Shown here one piece after another: positions 12,714 to 25,890 of a stretch of DNA of 64,000 bases. The stretch comes from Bilabrum cf. latius. Its lineage: Eukaryota. Under the pieces are notes generated by a model. It made no database searches and was not told where the DNA came from. It worked only from the letters and a program-made list of their open reading frames with translations. The stretch spans positions 620,001 to 684,000 of the forward strand of contig OZ237763.1 in the NCBI GenBank assembly GCA_965178125.1, given 5' to 3'. A program made the position numbers and the translations under genes. Each line of letters opens with the position of its first letter. The first letter of the stretch is position 1.

Positions 12714-14495
12714 TCAGTCCACAAGGGAGGGTCCGCCGCTGCCTGCCACTGCAACGCGGTCCTTTACCTCGGCATCACCTCTGCTGCCTTTGCCATCACC
12801 TGTACCTGGCGAATCGCGCCGCTCCTCCCGGCTGTCCCCACGCCGCTCCTCACGGCTGTCCCCACGCCGCTCCTCACGGCTGTCCCCACGCCGCTCCTCA
12901 CGACTGTCCCCACGCCGCTCCTCACGGCTGTCCCCACGCCGCTCCTCACGACTGTCCCCGCGCCGCTCCTCACGGCTGTCCCCGCGCCGCTCCTCACGGC
13001 TGTCCTCACGGCTGTCCCCGCGCCGCTCCTCACGGCTGTCCCCGCGCCGCTCCTCACGGCTGTCCCCGCGCCGCTCCTCACGGCTGTCCCCACGCCGCTC
13101 CTCACGGCTGTCCCCACGCCGCTCCTCACGGCTGTCCCCGCGCCGCTCCTCACGGCTGTCCCCGCGCCGCTCCTCACGGCTGTCCCCACGCCGCTCCTCA
13201 CGGCTGTCCTCACGGCTGTCCCCGCGCCGCTCCTCACGGCTGTCCCCGCGCCGCTCCTCACGGCTGTCCCCGCGCCGCTCCTCACGGCTGTCCCCACGCC
13301 GCACCTCACGGCTGTCCCCACGCCGCTCCTCACGGCTGTCCCCGCGCCGCTCCTCACGGCTGTCTCCACGCCGCTCCTCACGGCTGTCCCCGCGCCGCTC
13401 CTCACGGCTGTCCCCGCGCCGCTCCTCACGGCTGTCCCCACGCCGCTCCTCACGGCTGTCCCCACGCCGCTCCTCACGGCTGTCCCCACGCCGCTCCTCA
13501 CGGCTGTCCCCGCGCCGCTCCTCATGGCTGACCGCGCGCCTATCGTCCTCCCTGTAGCCGACGCGCCTATCGTCCTCCCTGTAGCCGCCGCGCCTATCGT
13601 CCTCCCTGTAGCCGCCGCGCCTATCGTCCTCCCTGTAGCCGACGCGCCTATCGTCCTCCCTGTAGCCGCCGCGTCTATCGTCCTCCCTGTAGCCGCCGCG
13701 CCTATCGTCCTCCCTGTAGCCGCCGCGCCTATCGTCCTCCCTGTAGCCGCCGCGTCTATCGTCCTCCCTGTAGCCGCCACGCCTCCAATCAACCCTGTCA
13801 TCCCACCTCCCCCTGGTATCGCGGCTGTACCTATCACGGGGTGCATACGCATAGTCACGCCGCCCCCTGTCGTCCTCGGCTCGCCGATATGAGCCCCCGG
13901 ACGCAGATGACTGGGAGTAGGCTGGCCGGGCCGGCCGTCGGTCCTAAGAGCTTGCTCTCGGTCTACCAGATGCTGTCCCGCTGCCTGAAAGCGATTTCAT
14001 CTCTTCAGCACTCTTTCTGCCTCCCTTTGCCCATTGAACAGTGAGAACACGGCTGCGAAAGATGTGAGAGCGTCTGAGTTCATTGCAGATTGCCCGGAAT
14101 ACACAAGCAGCCAACTTACGCATATCCTGAGGCACTCACCCACGAAATTCCTGCCCATCCATGCCCTTGAGAGCCAATTCTGCCTCTTCACTTGTCGCAA
14201 ATTCTACGTATCCGAACCCACGAAGCTGCGGCTACAGATAAACACAACGCTGCAGAGGACTTGTTGGACTGGGCCAACCTTCCCCTTTTGTATCAATTTC
14301 GTCCCCGAAAATTAAGTAGTAGATCAATATGCACCGACACATTCTCACCCGGTGGTTCCGTACATCTCGAGGAAGGTGAATGTCAGACACGGAACCAAAC
14401 TTCTTAAATGTGTCCATGACATCCTCCCTGGTGGTTCCGCGCGGAATAGGGCGGACGTGCAGCGAGAATGCCTGCTTAGCATTTCTTGCAGACAT
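12714..14495 (-). CDS. RRM splicing-factor-like protein (SRSF10/SCL-like) with long Arg/Asp/Glu repeat tail; introns 14226-14348, 14053-14139; in-frame TAG at 13944
   Basis: SLHVRPIP, FKKFGSVSDIHLPRD, RNP1 RGFGYVEF, LTVQWAKGGRKSAEEM, followed by YREDDRRGG and RRGDSREE repeats; TGA stop. Confidence 0.85.
12817..13523. repeat. 24-bp coding tandem repeat, roughly 29 copies (encodes RRGDSREE on the minus strand)
   Basis: Unit CGCCGCTCCTCACGGCTGTCCCC(A/G) read directly; two 12-bp half-unit interruptions preserve frame. Confidence 0.95.
13535..13778. repeat. 27-bp coding tandem repeat, 9 copies (encodes YREDDRR(G/V)G on the minus strand)
   Basis: Unit CTATCGTCCTCCCTGTAGCCG(C/A)CGCG(C/T) read directly. 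Confidence 0.95.
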
Positions 14496-14697
14496 CGTAT
14501 TCTGGTTGCTGTCCACCCAATGGAGGATAATTGTGATGTTCATCAAGTTGCCATCCAACTCTCAGCGAACGTTCGTTCGGCTGTAGAAGACTCGCGCGCC
14601 GTTTGGCAACTGCTGCAACTGCATCCATTTGAGAATTGGCTCGTTTCGGCCAACCTTGATTCCATTAGAAGCCCACAACTTATTGTTTAAGCTAGAG

Positions 14698-16307
14698 ATG
14701 AACGCGGTCGATACGGGAAGAGTCCTCCTCCCGGAGAGGTAGCCACCTCCAGCAGAGAAGCACGTTGTGGGGGGATTCGGCATCGAATCGTCCTCGAGGA
14801 AGGGAAGAGCTGTTCCAGCATTAGCATCGCGTGCTGCAGACAGCGGCAAGGAATCGATGGGCGTCTTGGCAATTCCCAGCCGCAGGCGCGTCCCTGTTCC
14901 GCACTCAAAGCCTGAGACACCCTTTGATCGTGCGACTGGTGAGGGCCGCCACACTTTCAGATTGCAATTCAGTCACGCCGACATATTGTATAGTTGTAAT
15001 TCATTCAGCCCAAACTTCTCGTCACAGCCGAGCAAATGCGATTCTACGGGGGAAAAGACGGCACAGTGCCCGTCATCGGCGTGCGGGACCCCGGCCAGTG
15101 CAAGCCCAACCTCCAGGGCTCTGTAGCCGTGCAGTCCGCCATTGGGGGGTTTGATGCGCCAGGGAGCACACCCCTCCCGTTCGGCCAATCGGACTCCTCC
15201 TCCTCTTCCTCCTCTGCCAGGCCCAAGTCAGCCAAGGAGCGTCGCTAGTGGCGGCAATACCTGCACAATCGGTCCGCTGGTGCCGCTGACGTCATCGGCG
15301 TGGCCAAAGGGGCCGCCTCCAGGGCACAGGTACCCGACGGGGTGGACGCCAGTAGCGCTAACGGGGCGGGGATCGAGAGTGCGGAGGCGAGCGCGAGGCA
15401 CTCATCACGCAGGACGACAGGGGGCGCGGTGCGGCCGGGCGGCAAGCGGCAGGTGCAGCTGCAGCAGAGCTAGGCCGTCTGGAGCATCCTGGCAGAAGAC
15501 GCGCCCCCTGCCAGTAGGAGACCAGCCACGGCCAGCGGCTCCGGATCCCAGGGAACAAGGGCCCCCGAGGAGCCCCGCGTCAAGAGGGGCAAGGGCAGGC
15601 GATACGCTGCACTCCTCGAGGGGGCGCAGGCCGCCTCCGTCACGGGGATCGGACCCCAGATCCCCGAGGGGAAGGGTTCAGGGAACAAGCCGCAGGAGGG
15701 GCCCAGCGCCGATGGGGCGTACCTCAAGGGGCAGCCCGCTAAGTCCGGCGAGACTGCCCAGCTGCGCGCCATGGAGGAGTAGGGCGCCTCGGTGGCAGCC
15801 CCCAGCTCCACCCACGGAGTAGCTCATCCACGAAAGGACCCGGGGGCTGCCGGCCTCGAGGACGCGGCCAGGGGGAGGCAGGCTCGGGAGAGGGGGCTGC
15901 CCCTCGCGCCCCCCGGCCGCTCCTTCGTCACCAGGGGTGCCCGGCCCGAGGCTCCCAGGTCGCACCACTACAACCAGCACCTCCGGTCCCAGCACGACCC
16001 CCACGGGTCTGCGGGCGCCGGTGGGGGGAGTGGTTCCCGCCCCACAGCACCTTGGGGAACAGTGGCAGTCAGGGCGCAGGATCGGTGGCGCACCGCCTCC
16101 CAGGACGCGATGGCGGGCAAGAAGCTCTCGGAGACGGCGGGGTCCGTGCACCCGAGGGGAGGCAAGGCCATGGTGGCTGGGTCCTCGTTCGGTGCCAGCG
16201 GGGCGGACAAGGGAGGGCAGCGGGGGCTCGAGGCGAGCCTGCGGTCGGGGCGCCGCCGCATCTTCTCGTCGGTCAACAACCCCTACAAGACGACGAGCAT
16301 CTACTGA
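14698..16307 (+). CDS. Hypothetical low-complexity protein; intron 14939-15027; in-frame TAG at 14740, 15246, 15471, 15780
   Basis: About 500 codons free of TAA/TGA once the GT-AG intron is removed and TAG is read through; TGA stop; no family recognised. Confidence 0.6.
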
Positions 16308-16508
16308 CTGGCCTGGCGGCTACGCAGTGCAGTGCAGTGCAGTGCAGTGCAGGATCGCGAGAGCAGCCCCTACTGCGCCTAACCCGGTCGCGCTCACCAC
16401 CTATTTGTCCGCGCACTGTGCCTGTCCCGACTTGTTGTCCCATACGATTTCCGTCCTGTTGCACGATGTGCGATGCATCTATCCTGAAGCCCAGAGTAGT
16501 TCCATCCA

Positions 16509-16616
16509 CCTCATCCAGCACTGTAAGCTGTGCCAGCTGTGCCTACAGGACGGCAGCATCCGCCTCATCCAGCACTGTAAGCTGTGCCAGCTGTGCCTAC
16601 AGGACGGCAGCATCCG
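16509..16616. repeat. Exact 54-bp tandem duplication
   Basis: CCTCATCCAGCACTGTAAGCTGTGCCAGCTGTGCCTACAGGACGGCAGCATCCG at 16509-16562 and 16563-16616. Confidence 0.92.
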
Positions 16617-16682
16617 CATCATGTCCCAGGCGGCTCAATTGCTGCAGAGCCACTGGCAGCACATGCGCTGGCCTCGCATGCC

Positions 16683-18026
16683 TCACGCAATCGAGCCGTC
16701 TCCCCGGGCAGATTCATCAGCACTCTCAGCACCAGCTCCTTCCACCACCCCTATCCCTGCAGCCTTTGTCTCCCCACCATGGTCCTCAACAACGTCCAGC
16801 CTCACGTACACCGCTACGCCAAGACTGGTTGCATCGGCGAGTGCATAGGGCCCCTCCACAAGCCCTCGCAGCGCCGGGTCATCGCGGACCATCCACCTTG
16901 CCTGCAGCTCGTACCCAAGTCCGGGTATCCCGCGGTCCAGGATCCAATCCTCGCTGTCACCGTGCCGCGGCTTGTACCCAATGACCACCGCTCTCGCGCC
17001 TGACGCTGCAATGCAGTGCAGCAGCGCCGGGTGTGCCTTGAGGTCATAGATCACGTCTGCAGCGAGGAGGAGGTCAATGCCTGTACCTGTCGTTGCCGTT
17101 GTCGAAGTCGCCGGTGACTCTGCTGCTGTGGGCGCGGACACTGGTGCTGGTGCTGGTGCTGCACTACTGGTACCCTCGGTAGCTCCGGCAGAGCCGACAT
17201 TATGTGTTCCCTCGCTAGTACTGGCAGAGCAGCTCGTGTTGGTCGTAGAGCATTGCTGTACGCCTGTTGTTCCTACATCGACAGCGGCTGAGCCACCAGC
17301 GCCGCCACTGGCAGTACCCAATTTTGCAGCCTGAAGGGCGCAAGGCTTCGACCCAATCCCTACTTTTGTTTCGGCCTCTGCGCAATCACTCCCCCCGATG
17401 CTGGCAGTGCTGCCTGTAGAGTCTCGCTGGTTCCCGATCCATTCACGGAGCATGGGTGCGCTTGCTTTCGACCAATCCAAGTCTTTGATCAGCGGGGGAG
17501 CTAAAGATGTATCATCAGCCACCCGACTACTCGACTGGCCACTCAGCTTGCCGAACTGCGACATGATACGACGCATGGCCCCCAAATTGCGAGCGAGATT
17601 CGCACGAAGCATCCGCAACACCGGACCCGTGTCGGTGGCAATCACGGTCTCGGCGCCCAGCGATGACGCCACGATAGAAGGTAGTCCAGCAGCTCCAGCA
17701 CCAATTTCGAGGATAATGGCGCCGGGGGCATCCAGCAACTCCAGAGTTTTGCTTCCAAGCGCAAAGACACCAGCAGTTGCCAGGGGCTCCTACACGGCTT
17801 TGATGGCTCGTAAGTGAGCAAATCGAATCACAAGCAACAACTCTGCCAACACATACCCACTGTGCCACGCGACTCCACCTAACACTGAGCCATTCCTCCA
17901 ATCCTGCTCCAAAACAAACTACTCGGGACACGATGGCAGCTCTACTGCAATTGTCTTTCCAAAGCGCCCATCGAGAAGACCCCGTGCAGGATTGCTGCTC
18001 AATGTTGGGTGCAAAATGAGGGCCAT
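16683..18026 (-). CDS. Methyltransferase family 16 (METTL21-like) protein lysine methyltransferase; in-frame TAG at 17919, 17790
   Basis: LEQD..LGGVAWHSGYVLAELL, motif I ILEIGAGAAGLPSI, VIATD, LDW, DLLLAADVIYD; TAG 17790 lies between conserved motifs. Confidence 0.85.
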
Positions 18027-18214
18027 CAACGATTTACTCTCCTTGTAAATGCCAAGGGACGGACCGGACGGTTCCTGTGCAACTTGGGGTTCGCGGCGAA
18101 CCGACAGCTTGGGGCGTTTGTCCAGTGAAGCTCGTTGTCAACGACTGGCAAAAGGTCGAAATGTACAACTACGTGATTGCGATTCATCGCTCATCCACGG
18201 TCAATCCATCTGGG

Positions 18215-21200
18215 TCACCCGAGCGCCCCGAGCAGCAAGTCGTCCTCGTCCTCGTCCATGGCTAGCCCACCCATGTCCCTCACTGCCCTCGACAGCCGAC
18301 TGTCCCCACTCAAGGCGTCCTCCACGTCCTCAGACTGCAGCAACAGCCTGACGTTAGGGAACCTCTGCCCCCTTTGTCTCTGCGTGTCCACCAATCGCAG
18401 CGCGGAGAGCCTCGACAGGGACTCCGCCATCTCGTCCAGGGTGGGCTGCTCCGTGTGCGAAATGCCCATGGAGCCCAGCAGCGACTGGCAACGTCCCACC
18501 GCCTGGAAGAAATCAACCTCGGCTCTGCCCAGAGCGCGGGTGCACAGCGCAGTGGCGGCGATGATGGCTCGCTCCACGGGCGCGGTGGATTTGAGGGCTT
18601 GCGTGGCCACTGAATCAGACAACTCCTTGGCGGCTGCTTGCACATCAGCCGCAGTCACCAGCGCAGCCGCCGCACTTTCAGTTGCTGGCGGCGCCTTCAC
18701 CTTGCGGCGGCTGGATTTCCTGGAAGCGGAAGCGTCCCCTTGTGCCTCGCTGCCATGCCGCCCCGCCTACAACCGCCTCAGGGCACCCTCAGCCGCCCTC
18801 CTGCAGATCTGCAGGGCGCGCCGCACGTCGCCCGACACGGCCGCCACTCTCGCGGCAGCGCCCTCGATGGCAGCTGGGTCGAAGCATCCCAGCTCTCCCA
18901 GCCTGCCGGCCACGATTGACCTGATCTGGGGCCGCGTGTAGGGCCGAAATGCTACTCGCCGAAGGCCCAGTCGGGAGTGGACCCTGGGCAGCAACCTCTC
19001 CGGCAGATCCATGGTGTTTGCAATGCCAATCACCACGGCTCTGGAGCGGGGGCGGGAGGGCCAGTCGAGCAGGTTGTAGAGCACCGCCTGCCTCCCCGCC
19101 ACCAAGTAGTCCAGCTCGTCCACCACGATGACGTTCACCGCATCGGCCCTGGACACGGGAGCCAGGTGTCTCCCGCCCGACCCCGCCCTTGCGTCCTTCC
19201 TGGCCATGCCAAGGCTGGCAAACGCAGCGTGGGGGTTGGACACCGCTGCCCTGCCGCCACCGCGCGTGCCCCTGCCCATCGACCGAGCACCGGGTGCCCC
19301 TCGCCCAATGGCCTGGTTTCCGGCTGCTCGGAGCCGGTCGAAGACGGCCTGCGCGGACGATCCACCGGTGGATTGCGCCTCCACAACCACCACGGGTCGC
19401 CTTTGCTATTTGCTTCGCTTGCCAGCATTTGGCTTGGATCGAGCCGAGGACTTGCGGCGCGAGCCGGCATCCTCCTCTTCGTCTTCATCTTCGTCCTCTT
19501 CCGCTTCGTCGCTGCTGCTTTCGTCATCAGAGTCGCTCTCAAGCTCCTCGTCACCACTGCTTTCTTCCCCATCCTCGTCCTCGTCCTCGTCCTCCGAGTC
19601 GCTGTCACCGCCAGATCCATCGCTGGAGGAGCCGTCGCTCTCTCCGCTTTCTTCTTCATCCTCACCTGCATCTCCATCAGTCTTCCTTGCATGCGCTGCC
19701 CTCGACTTTCCCAGCTTCTCAAAGTGCGCCTCCAACAGGGCAACGGCCCTGGCGGGACTCGCGTTTACACCAAGAATCGCGAACGCAAACTTCGAGTACA
19801 GCTGCGTGGGGTGAGTCAGCCGCATGGCGTTGATGTACGTGGACCGGAATGCGGGCAGCTGCCCCGACTCTGCCATCCCTCTAAGCTCCAGGAGGACCCG
19901 TTGCACCGTCGCGCTCTTTCCGGTTCCAGGCATGCCGCTGATGTACAGCGCGCAGCCCGCCCCGCCCGACTTCACCCCGTTTGCGATGAAATCCGTGATG
20001 TCCTCCCGCTCCTAGTCGCGGCACGGCAGGCGGGCAGGTGCAGCCGACAGCTGCAGGCTTGCACACGCGGCCCTTAGCCTCTCTGCCGGGTCTCGCTGGG
20101 CCATCGTGCCCGAGCCCTTGATAGTTGATGCTCCTGCTGCTGCTGCGGAGGATGATGATGACTTGCGAGACCTACTCCCACGAGGAGAAGACCTCGTGCT
20201 GCCTCTGGGAGACGAACGAGCACCTTCACTGGAACTAGCAGCAGAAGCCGATGATCCAGTCGACCGCAGCGAGGACTCGGCTGCTCGAGCGCCCGCGCCA
20301 GACCCCGACTGCATACTGCTCGCCGCCTCACCCGCGGCTGCCGCCCTCATGCGGGCCCAAGCGGCCGGGTCCTGCCCCCAGTCCGAGTGGTCCACGGCGG
20401 ACGGCACCCGCTCCACGGCTGGCCTCTCCGGGGTGGGCAGGCTAGGTCCCAGCGACGAGGAGGAGGAGGGGGAGGAGGGGGAGGAGGTGAGGGCACTTGG
20501 CAGCGACCTGGGTCCTTTGGCACGACTTGGAGTGGCCATCCCATTGTCCTCTGCAGCGGTCTTGGAACTGCAGTGCGATGCACCCTGGTCCTCGGGTACG
20601 TAGGGCCGGCTCAGCTTGGTGGTCGGGTCGAAGATGGAGCGGATCACGTACGTGGCGCGGCCCTGCGCGTCCCTGCCATTCTCGTCCAGCCAATCCTGCG
20701 GTAGCTTGCAGAAAGTGGCAGCACCAATGTTACCAGTGCTGCTTCCTGCGGCGCTGCTGCTGCTGCTGGCGGCGGCCTGGCTGCTGTGGCTGCTGGCTGC
20801 ACCGGTGCTCGCCTCGGGGGCAGCAAGTGCTCGTGCTCGTGCTTGTGCTCGCCGCGCTCGCTTCTAGGGGCGAGCACCGGAGGTCGCCTTCTGCTCGCTC
20901 GATTTCTGCAGCATTGGGCCCTGTTTGGAAGCCTCGGCTTCCCACTGCGACTCTGTCAGAACCCTGACCCTCTCCGTGACAGAGAGCACGGGGTTCGCGT
21001 CACGGTGGGTGGACAGGAGCACTTCGTGCGGGTAATGCGCGGGCGTGCGACCGCTCGGGATATCTTCTGGGTGATACAGCCAGTCTAAAGCCACCCATGA
21101 TGCGCCTGCGTGGTCCTCCCATAGGTCCACGGCGCGTCCGATCCAGCCCGCGCGGCCGTGCCCGGTGGAGCCAACGCGGACAAAATCACCCACGCGGACG

Positions 21201-21592
21201 ATCACATCCCCGCCGCCGGCCCGCTCGCCACGGGACACAACACAAGAAGTATAATGCATGCAGCTGTCTCCGGCACCAAGCCACTTGTCCCCAGACCAGG
21301 CCACCGAGCAGTCAGCAAGGACGGATGCGTCCACTCCACTGCGCCTTCGCCCTGGTCTAGCTTTTGTATCCGTTTCTTTCGACGCAGCAAATGAACCCGT
21401 GTCAGTTACATCCGAACCAACACCCAGCCTCGCTTGCAATGACCTGGGCCGCTTGCTGCCAGCAATACCGCGGATCGTCGGCCGTGCACTCGGATTCACA
21501 TCAGGTTCGCGGGCAGCAGCTTTTCGAGCAGGGATGCTTCTCATTGCCCTTGAAGGCGAAGAACGCTACTTAAGTCGTCTTGATGCAGGCAT
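18215..21592 (-). CDS. ORC1: Origin recognition complex subunit 1; in-frame TAG at 21566, 20864, 20012, 19406, 18767
   Basis: N-terminal BAH domain (VRVGDFV..WLYHPEDI..HEVLLS), LPCRD*E, Walker A YISGMPGTGKS, Walker B VVDELDYL, IANTMDLPERL, GDVRRALQICRRA, winged-helix tail; TGA stop. Start is 21592 or 21544. Confidence 0.92.
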
Positions 21593-21738
21593 AGCTACTC
21601 GAGCAGCGGCTAATGGTGCAGGCTACCGACTGCAGATGTATATTCGGCGATTGACTTGAGGCGCCGCGCGAGTTACTGCACGAAGGCGAAACGTATGTTC
21701 CGCAGAAAGGAACAGGTTTCGTTGCATTCAGGTAGCAA

Positions 21739-24700
21739 ATGCCGAAGAAAGGTGGAAAACACAGATCTCGCGGCAAGCATGCCCGACCACGAAAAGGAAG
21801 ATTATCGAAGCGTGATGCGTACGAAGCCGATGATGGTGACGACGGGGACAGAAGGATGCTGTCAAAGTGAGGCAGGTGCTCAACTGCAAACGGCTATCTT
21901 TCGCACTTGTGCTTGCTCCTTGGCCGTGTTCATCACTGCTGGTATCTGTGATAATCCATATTTAATTGACTCAGGATGGATACACGAATGATGCGCGACG
22001 CTGATGGTGGCTACGAAGCTCCTGATCCTGACGACATTCGCGGCATGGCTGAAGACGAGGAGATCGACGAAGACGAGGCGTTCGCTCCCGAAGACGAAAG
22101 GGTGTATGGTGATGTTCTCCCGAAGATGTGGCGCAGCGCTGCTCGGCGAAAGGCGATTGGTGCCGCTGACAGCGACGAGGAGGAGGAAGAGTTTGACGTC
22201 AATGTCGATCCGGACGATGACGATGACGATGACGACGATGACGACGACGAGGACGGCAACGTGGCTGTGACAGCCATTGATCTGCTAGATGCCGCCCTTA
22301 TGAAGCGCGAGAAGCACGGCAAGAAGAGCGAGGGCCTCATGTCTAGGCTCAAGCCGGAGGCCAGACAGGCCGCACTGGACCTGGATGGTGGGGAAGAGGG
22401 CAGCGAGGGGTCGGGTGCTAGCAGCAGCGAAGGTGGCAGCAGCGATGATTCTGATTCCGAGTCGGAGAGCGACAGCAGCAGCGGCGGCGAGGACGAGGAC
22501 GAGGATGACGGGGAGCTGCTCCGAGCCGCAGACTCGGCCACTCGGGTCACTGGGCTGGCGCAGGACTCGTCAGCGCGCGCTCTGCGGGCTGCCCTCGCGA
22601 GCAGGGACAGGGGAGCTGCCACACAAGAGCTGCTGAAGGGATTCGGAGCCACTGCTGCCTCTCTGGGGATCAGGGCAGACGGATCCAAGGGGGGCGCTGG
22701 GGGGCGCGCTGGCGAGGGGGTGGGAGGAGGAGATGAGGGCGATGAGGGCGGCGACAGGCAGCGGCGCAAGCTTGTGATCGCCCGCACAGAGGCAGGCGCC
22801 GAATCCGAGTATGGTGCAGCGGCGGACTAGGCGGGGCGGGCGAGAGCGTCTGGCGGATCGGATGATGACTCAGGGTCTGAGTCAGAGTCGGATTCCGCAG
22901 ATGGCGGCTCAGGCGGGTCATCGCAGCAGCGGAGTACAAACAAAGTAACGCTGGCTGGACTTGTGTCTGCTCTTGACGATAGCGGCAGCGACAGCGATGG
23001 AGACAGCGACGGCGGCGACAGAGGTGCTGCGGGCAGCAAGGCCAAGGGGGAGGGGAAGCAGAGAGCCATGGAGGCTGAGGATGGAGAACACGACGAAGGA
23101 GATGATGCCACGGCAAGTGAGAAGAAAAAGAAGAAGAAGGCATCGCGGTCCACTGGGCAGCACCGTGCCGCCCGTGACGCTGCAGATGTGCTCCTCAGGG
23201 GCTCAGCCCTGGTGGCTCCGGGCTCAAGCGCCGTGCAGGCTCGGGCGGCCAGGTCAGAGCAGTACGAGCGCACGTCCTCTGCAGTGAGCAGGTGGCAGAC
23301 CCAGGTAGCGATGGAGAGGAGAGAGGAGTCGACGAATTTCGTGGCGGAGAACCCGCAGATGAGCAAGGACTCCCGCTTCAACGGCATGTCGGGGGCTCAG
23401 GCGCTCAGCAGCCTCAAGCCAAGGCCAGGGGTGGAGCTCGAGACGGCAGAGGTGCTACAGGCAGCCGGCTTGGCGCACGAGATGCCGGGCATGGGCAAGG
23501 CGAGGAAGAGCAAGAGCAACCGGCATGGGGGCTAGGAGGAGGAGGAACTTCCCGAGGCGGACGAGCTGCGGGCGCTTGGCGTGTCCGAGGAGGAGGTGAA
23601 GAGAAGGAAGAAGCAGCTGCAGAAGCTCAAGGCCTTGCTGTCGTACGACGAGGAGAAGAGGAGGAGGGCGAACAAGATCAAGAGCAAGACCTTCAGGAAG
23701 CTGAGGAAGAAGAGGCTGGCGAGGCAGCAGGACGAGGAGGCGAGGGCAGCGGCGGAGGCAGACGAGACGGGCGACCTGGCTAGGCAGCTGGAGCACGAGG
23801 CCATGGTGCAGCGGGCCAAAGAGAGGGCCACCCTCAAGCACCGGGTCAGAAGGAGGGGCAAGTGGGCCGCGCGCGTCCTGCGGGCGGGCGGGCTGGAGCA
23901 CGAGGAGGCCACTAGGGAAGAGGCTCGCCGGGAGATCGAGAGCAGGCTCAAGGACGTGGACAGGCTGAGAGAGAGGATGCAGAGGGCGGGGAGGGGCGCA
24001 CGGGGGGGGCAAGGGGTGGACGGGGACAGCTCGGATGCGGATTCGGGATACGGTGACAGCGAGGGCAGCGGGGACGAGGAGGGGGGGGAGGCGGGCACGC
24101 TCCGGCGGGCGCGGGATCGAATCCTGGAGGCGGCATCCGGTGGCAGCGGGTCCAGTGGTAAGGGCGAGGAAGAGCTTGAGGGGCTGGAGGGGATGGCTTT
24201 CATGCGTCGGGCTGCGGATGCTGCAAACAAGGAAGCGGAGGCGGACGCCCGGGCGATGGCAGCTGAGCTGGAGGAGGCGGCGAGGGGCCTCGAGGGGCGC
24301 GGGGGGGATGGGCCATAGGATGGTGAGGAGGATGGTGGCAGCAGCGAGGATGAGGCCGAGTCTGGGGCGGCTGTGGGGCGGCTCTCCTTCGCGCCGTCCA
24401 AGTCCAAGGCGCCAAGAAAGCCAAGGAACAAGCAGCAGGACGCAGCGTAGGCTGCCAGCAGTATGCGAGCCGATGCATCTGCTCCCAGCAGCATCAGCAG
24501 CAGCAGCAGTCGATCCAGGCCGCCCACGGCAGCAGCCCTACCCCAGGGACTCGACGCAGAGAACAACCCGTGGCTTAGGGTGGACGGGGCCTCGGGCTCC
24601 AGGGCAGAATCGGCCGCGTTGGTGTCTGGCGGTCCGATGGCTGTCACAGAGGCGGGTGCGGGCGGGGCCAAGGGGGCCGAGGGCCTCGGCAGCGCGCTGG

Positions 24701-25776
24701 ATGCGCTGTCTAGGGCAGCGAACGGGCAGGATGGCGCCGCGGATGATGCAGGCAAGAGGCAGGGCAAGAGGAACAAGAAGGGGGGCAAGAAGAACGGGCA
24801 GGCAGGCGCGGGTGCCGAGCTGTCGACCGAGGGCCAGGAGTCGCTGCTTCGGAGGGCTTTCGCAGGCGAGGGCATCACTGCCGCTGAGATTGAGGAGGAG
24901 AAGAAAAAGGAGGCGTCGAGGGACGGGGCAGTGCGCCGGGCGGGAACCATCGCGGTGGAGGATGTGCGGGGCTGGGGGGAGTGGGCGGGCGGGGGCGCGG
25001 ATGGCGGCTTCACGATGCCGACGGCGGGAGCCGGAGGGAACAAGGGGAGGAAGGCCGGTCGCAAGCGGAAAAGGCAGGATAGGCAGGCAGACGACGATGC
25101 CGCCGCACTGTTTAGCGCTGTGGGCTGGTCGGGTACAGGCTCCCGGGCTGGCAGCAGCAGTGGCAGCGGCGGCGGCGGGGCCAGCAGCAGCAGCGCGGGC
25201 GGGTTCAGCGCCACGCTTCGGGACGGCTCCACTAAGGTGCTTCCCGATGCAGGGGCGAGGAGGCGCCGGGCCAAGGGAATGCAGGCCGTCGCGCTCCCAG
25301 GCGCGACGAGTGCGACCACCGGGGGCAAGGGGGAGGAGGACGATCCCTTGTCGGGGATCGTGAAGAAGAGGCGGCTGGCGTCGATCCGTCAGGGGGAGAA
25401 GGAGGCCATGGCGAGCGCGCTGGCGAGGAGGAAGGACAGGGGGCTTGGACACGTGGCGGTCAGCGAGGCCAGGCCCAAGAGGCTGGAGAGGCTGCTGGCG
25501 GACCGGGTGCCGCACCCCTTCACGAGCAGAGAGGAGTACGAGGCCTCGCTGCAGGCGCCGCTGGGGCCAGAGTGGAACGCGAACGACGCCGCGCGGGAGC
25601 TGACGATGCCGGAGACGATCACCAAGACGGGGGTGCCAGTGCTGCCCCTCCAGTACCGCAACGTAAAGAAAGAAAGAGCCGACAAGAAGTTCCGGGATGC
25701 GCAGAGTCGGGCGGCTGGTTTGGCCAGGCGATCACGCGGAATCAAGGAGGCAGCTAGGAAAGCTGCTGCAAAATGA
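21739..25776 (+). CDS. UTP14: U3 snoRNA-associated protein UTP14; intron 21867-21974; in-frame TAG at 22828, 23533, 24316, 24448
   Basis: LLSYDEEKRRRANKIKSKTFRKLRKK, RAKERATLKH, LLRRAFAG, GWGEWAG, VPHPFTSREEYEASLQAPLGPEWN; one frame; TGA stop. Confidence 0.92.
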
Positions 25777-25890
25777 ATTGATGTTTGTGACAGATTCCTG
25801 CGATATTTCGACGACCGCCGGGTGAACTGTATGATATGGTTGAAACACACAACAAAATGTGGATGATTGGTAGTTGGAGCCGCGTTCTTC

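Noticed and set aside
12817-13778. CRISPR array
   Set aside because: Contiguous repeats with no unique spacers, inside a eukaryotic coding exon.
12598-13892. Plus-strand ORFs over the repeats (e.g. SPRRSSRL-rich)
   Set aside because: Shadow frames; the minus frame is continuous with a spliced RRM.
16324-16352. (CAGTG)n microsatellite; also (CCATGC)n near 5110-5155 and a GT-rich tract at 26972-27030
   Set aside because: Ordinary simple repeats in UTR or intergenic DNA.
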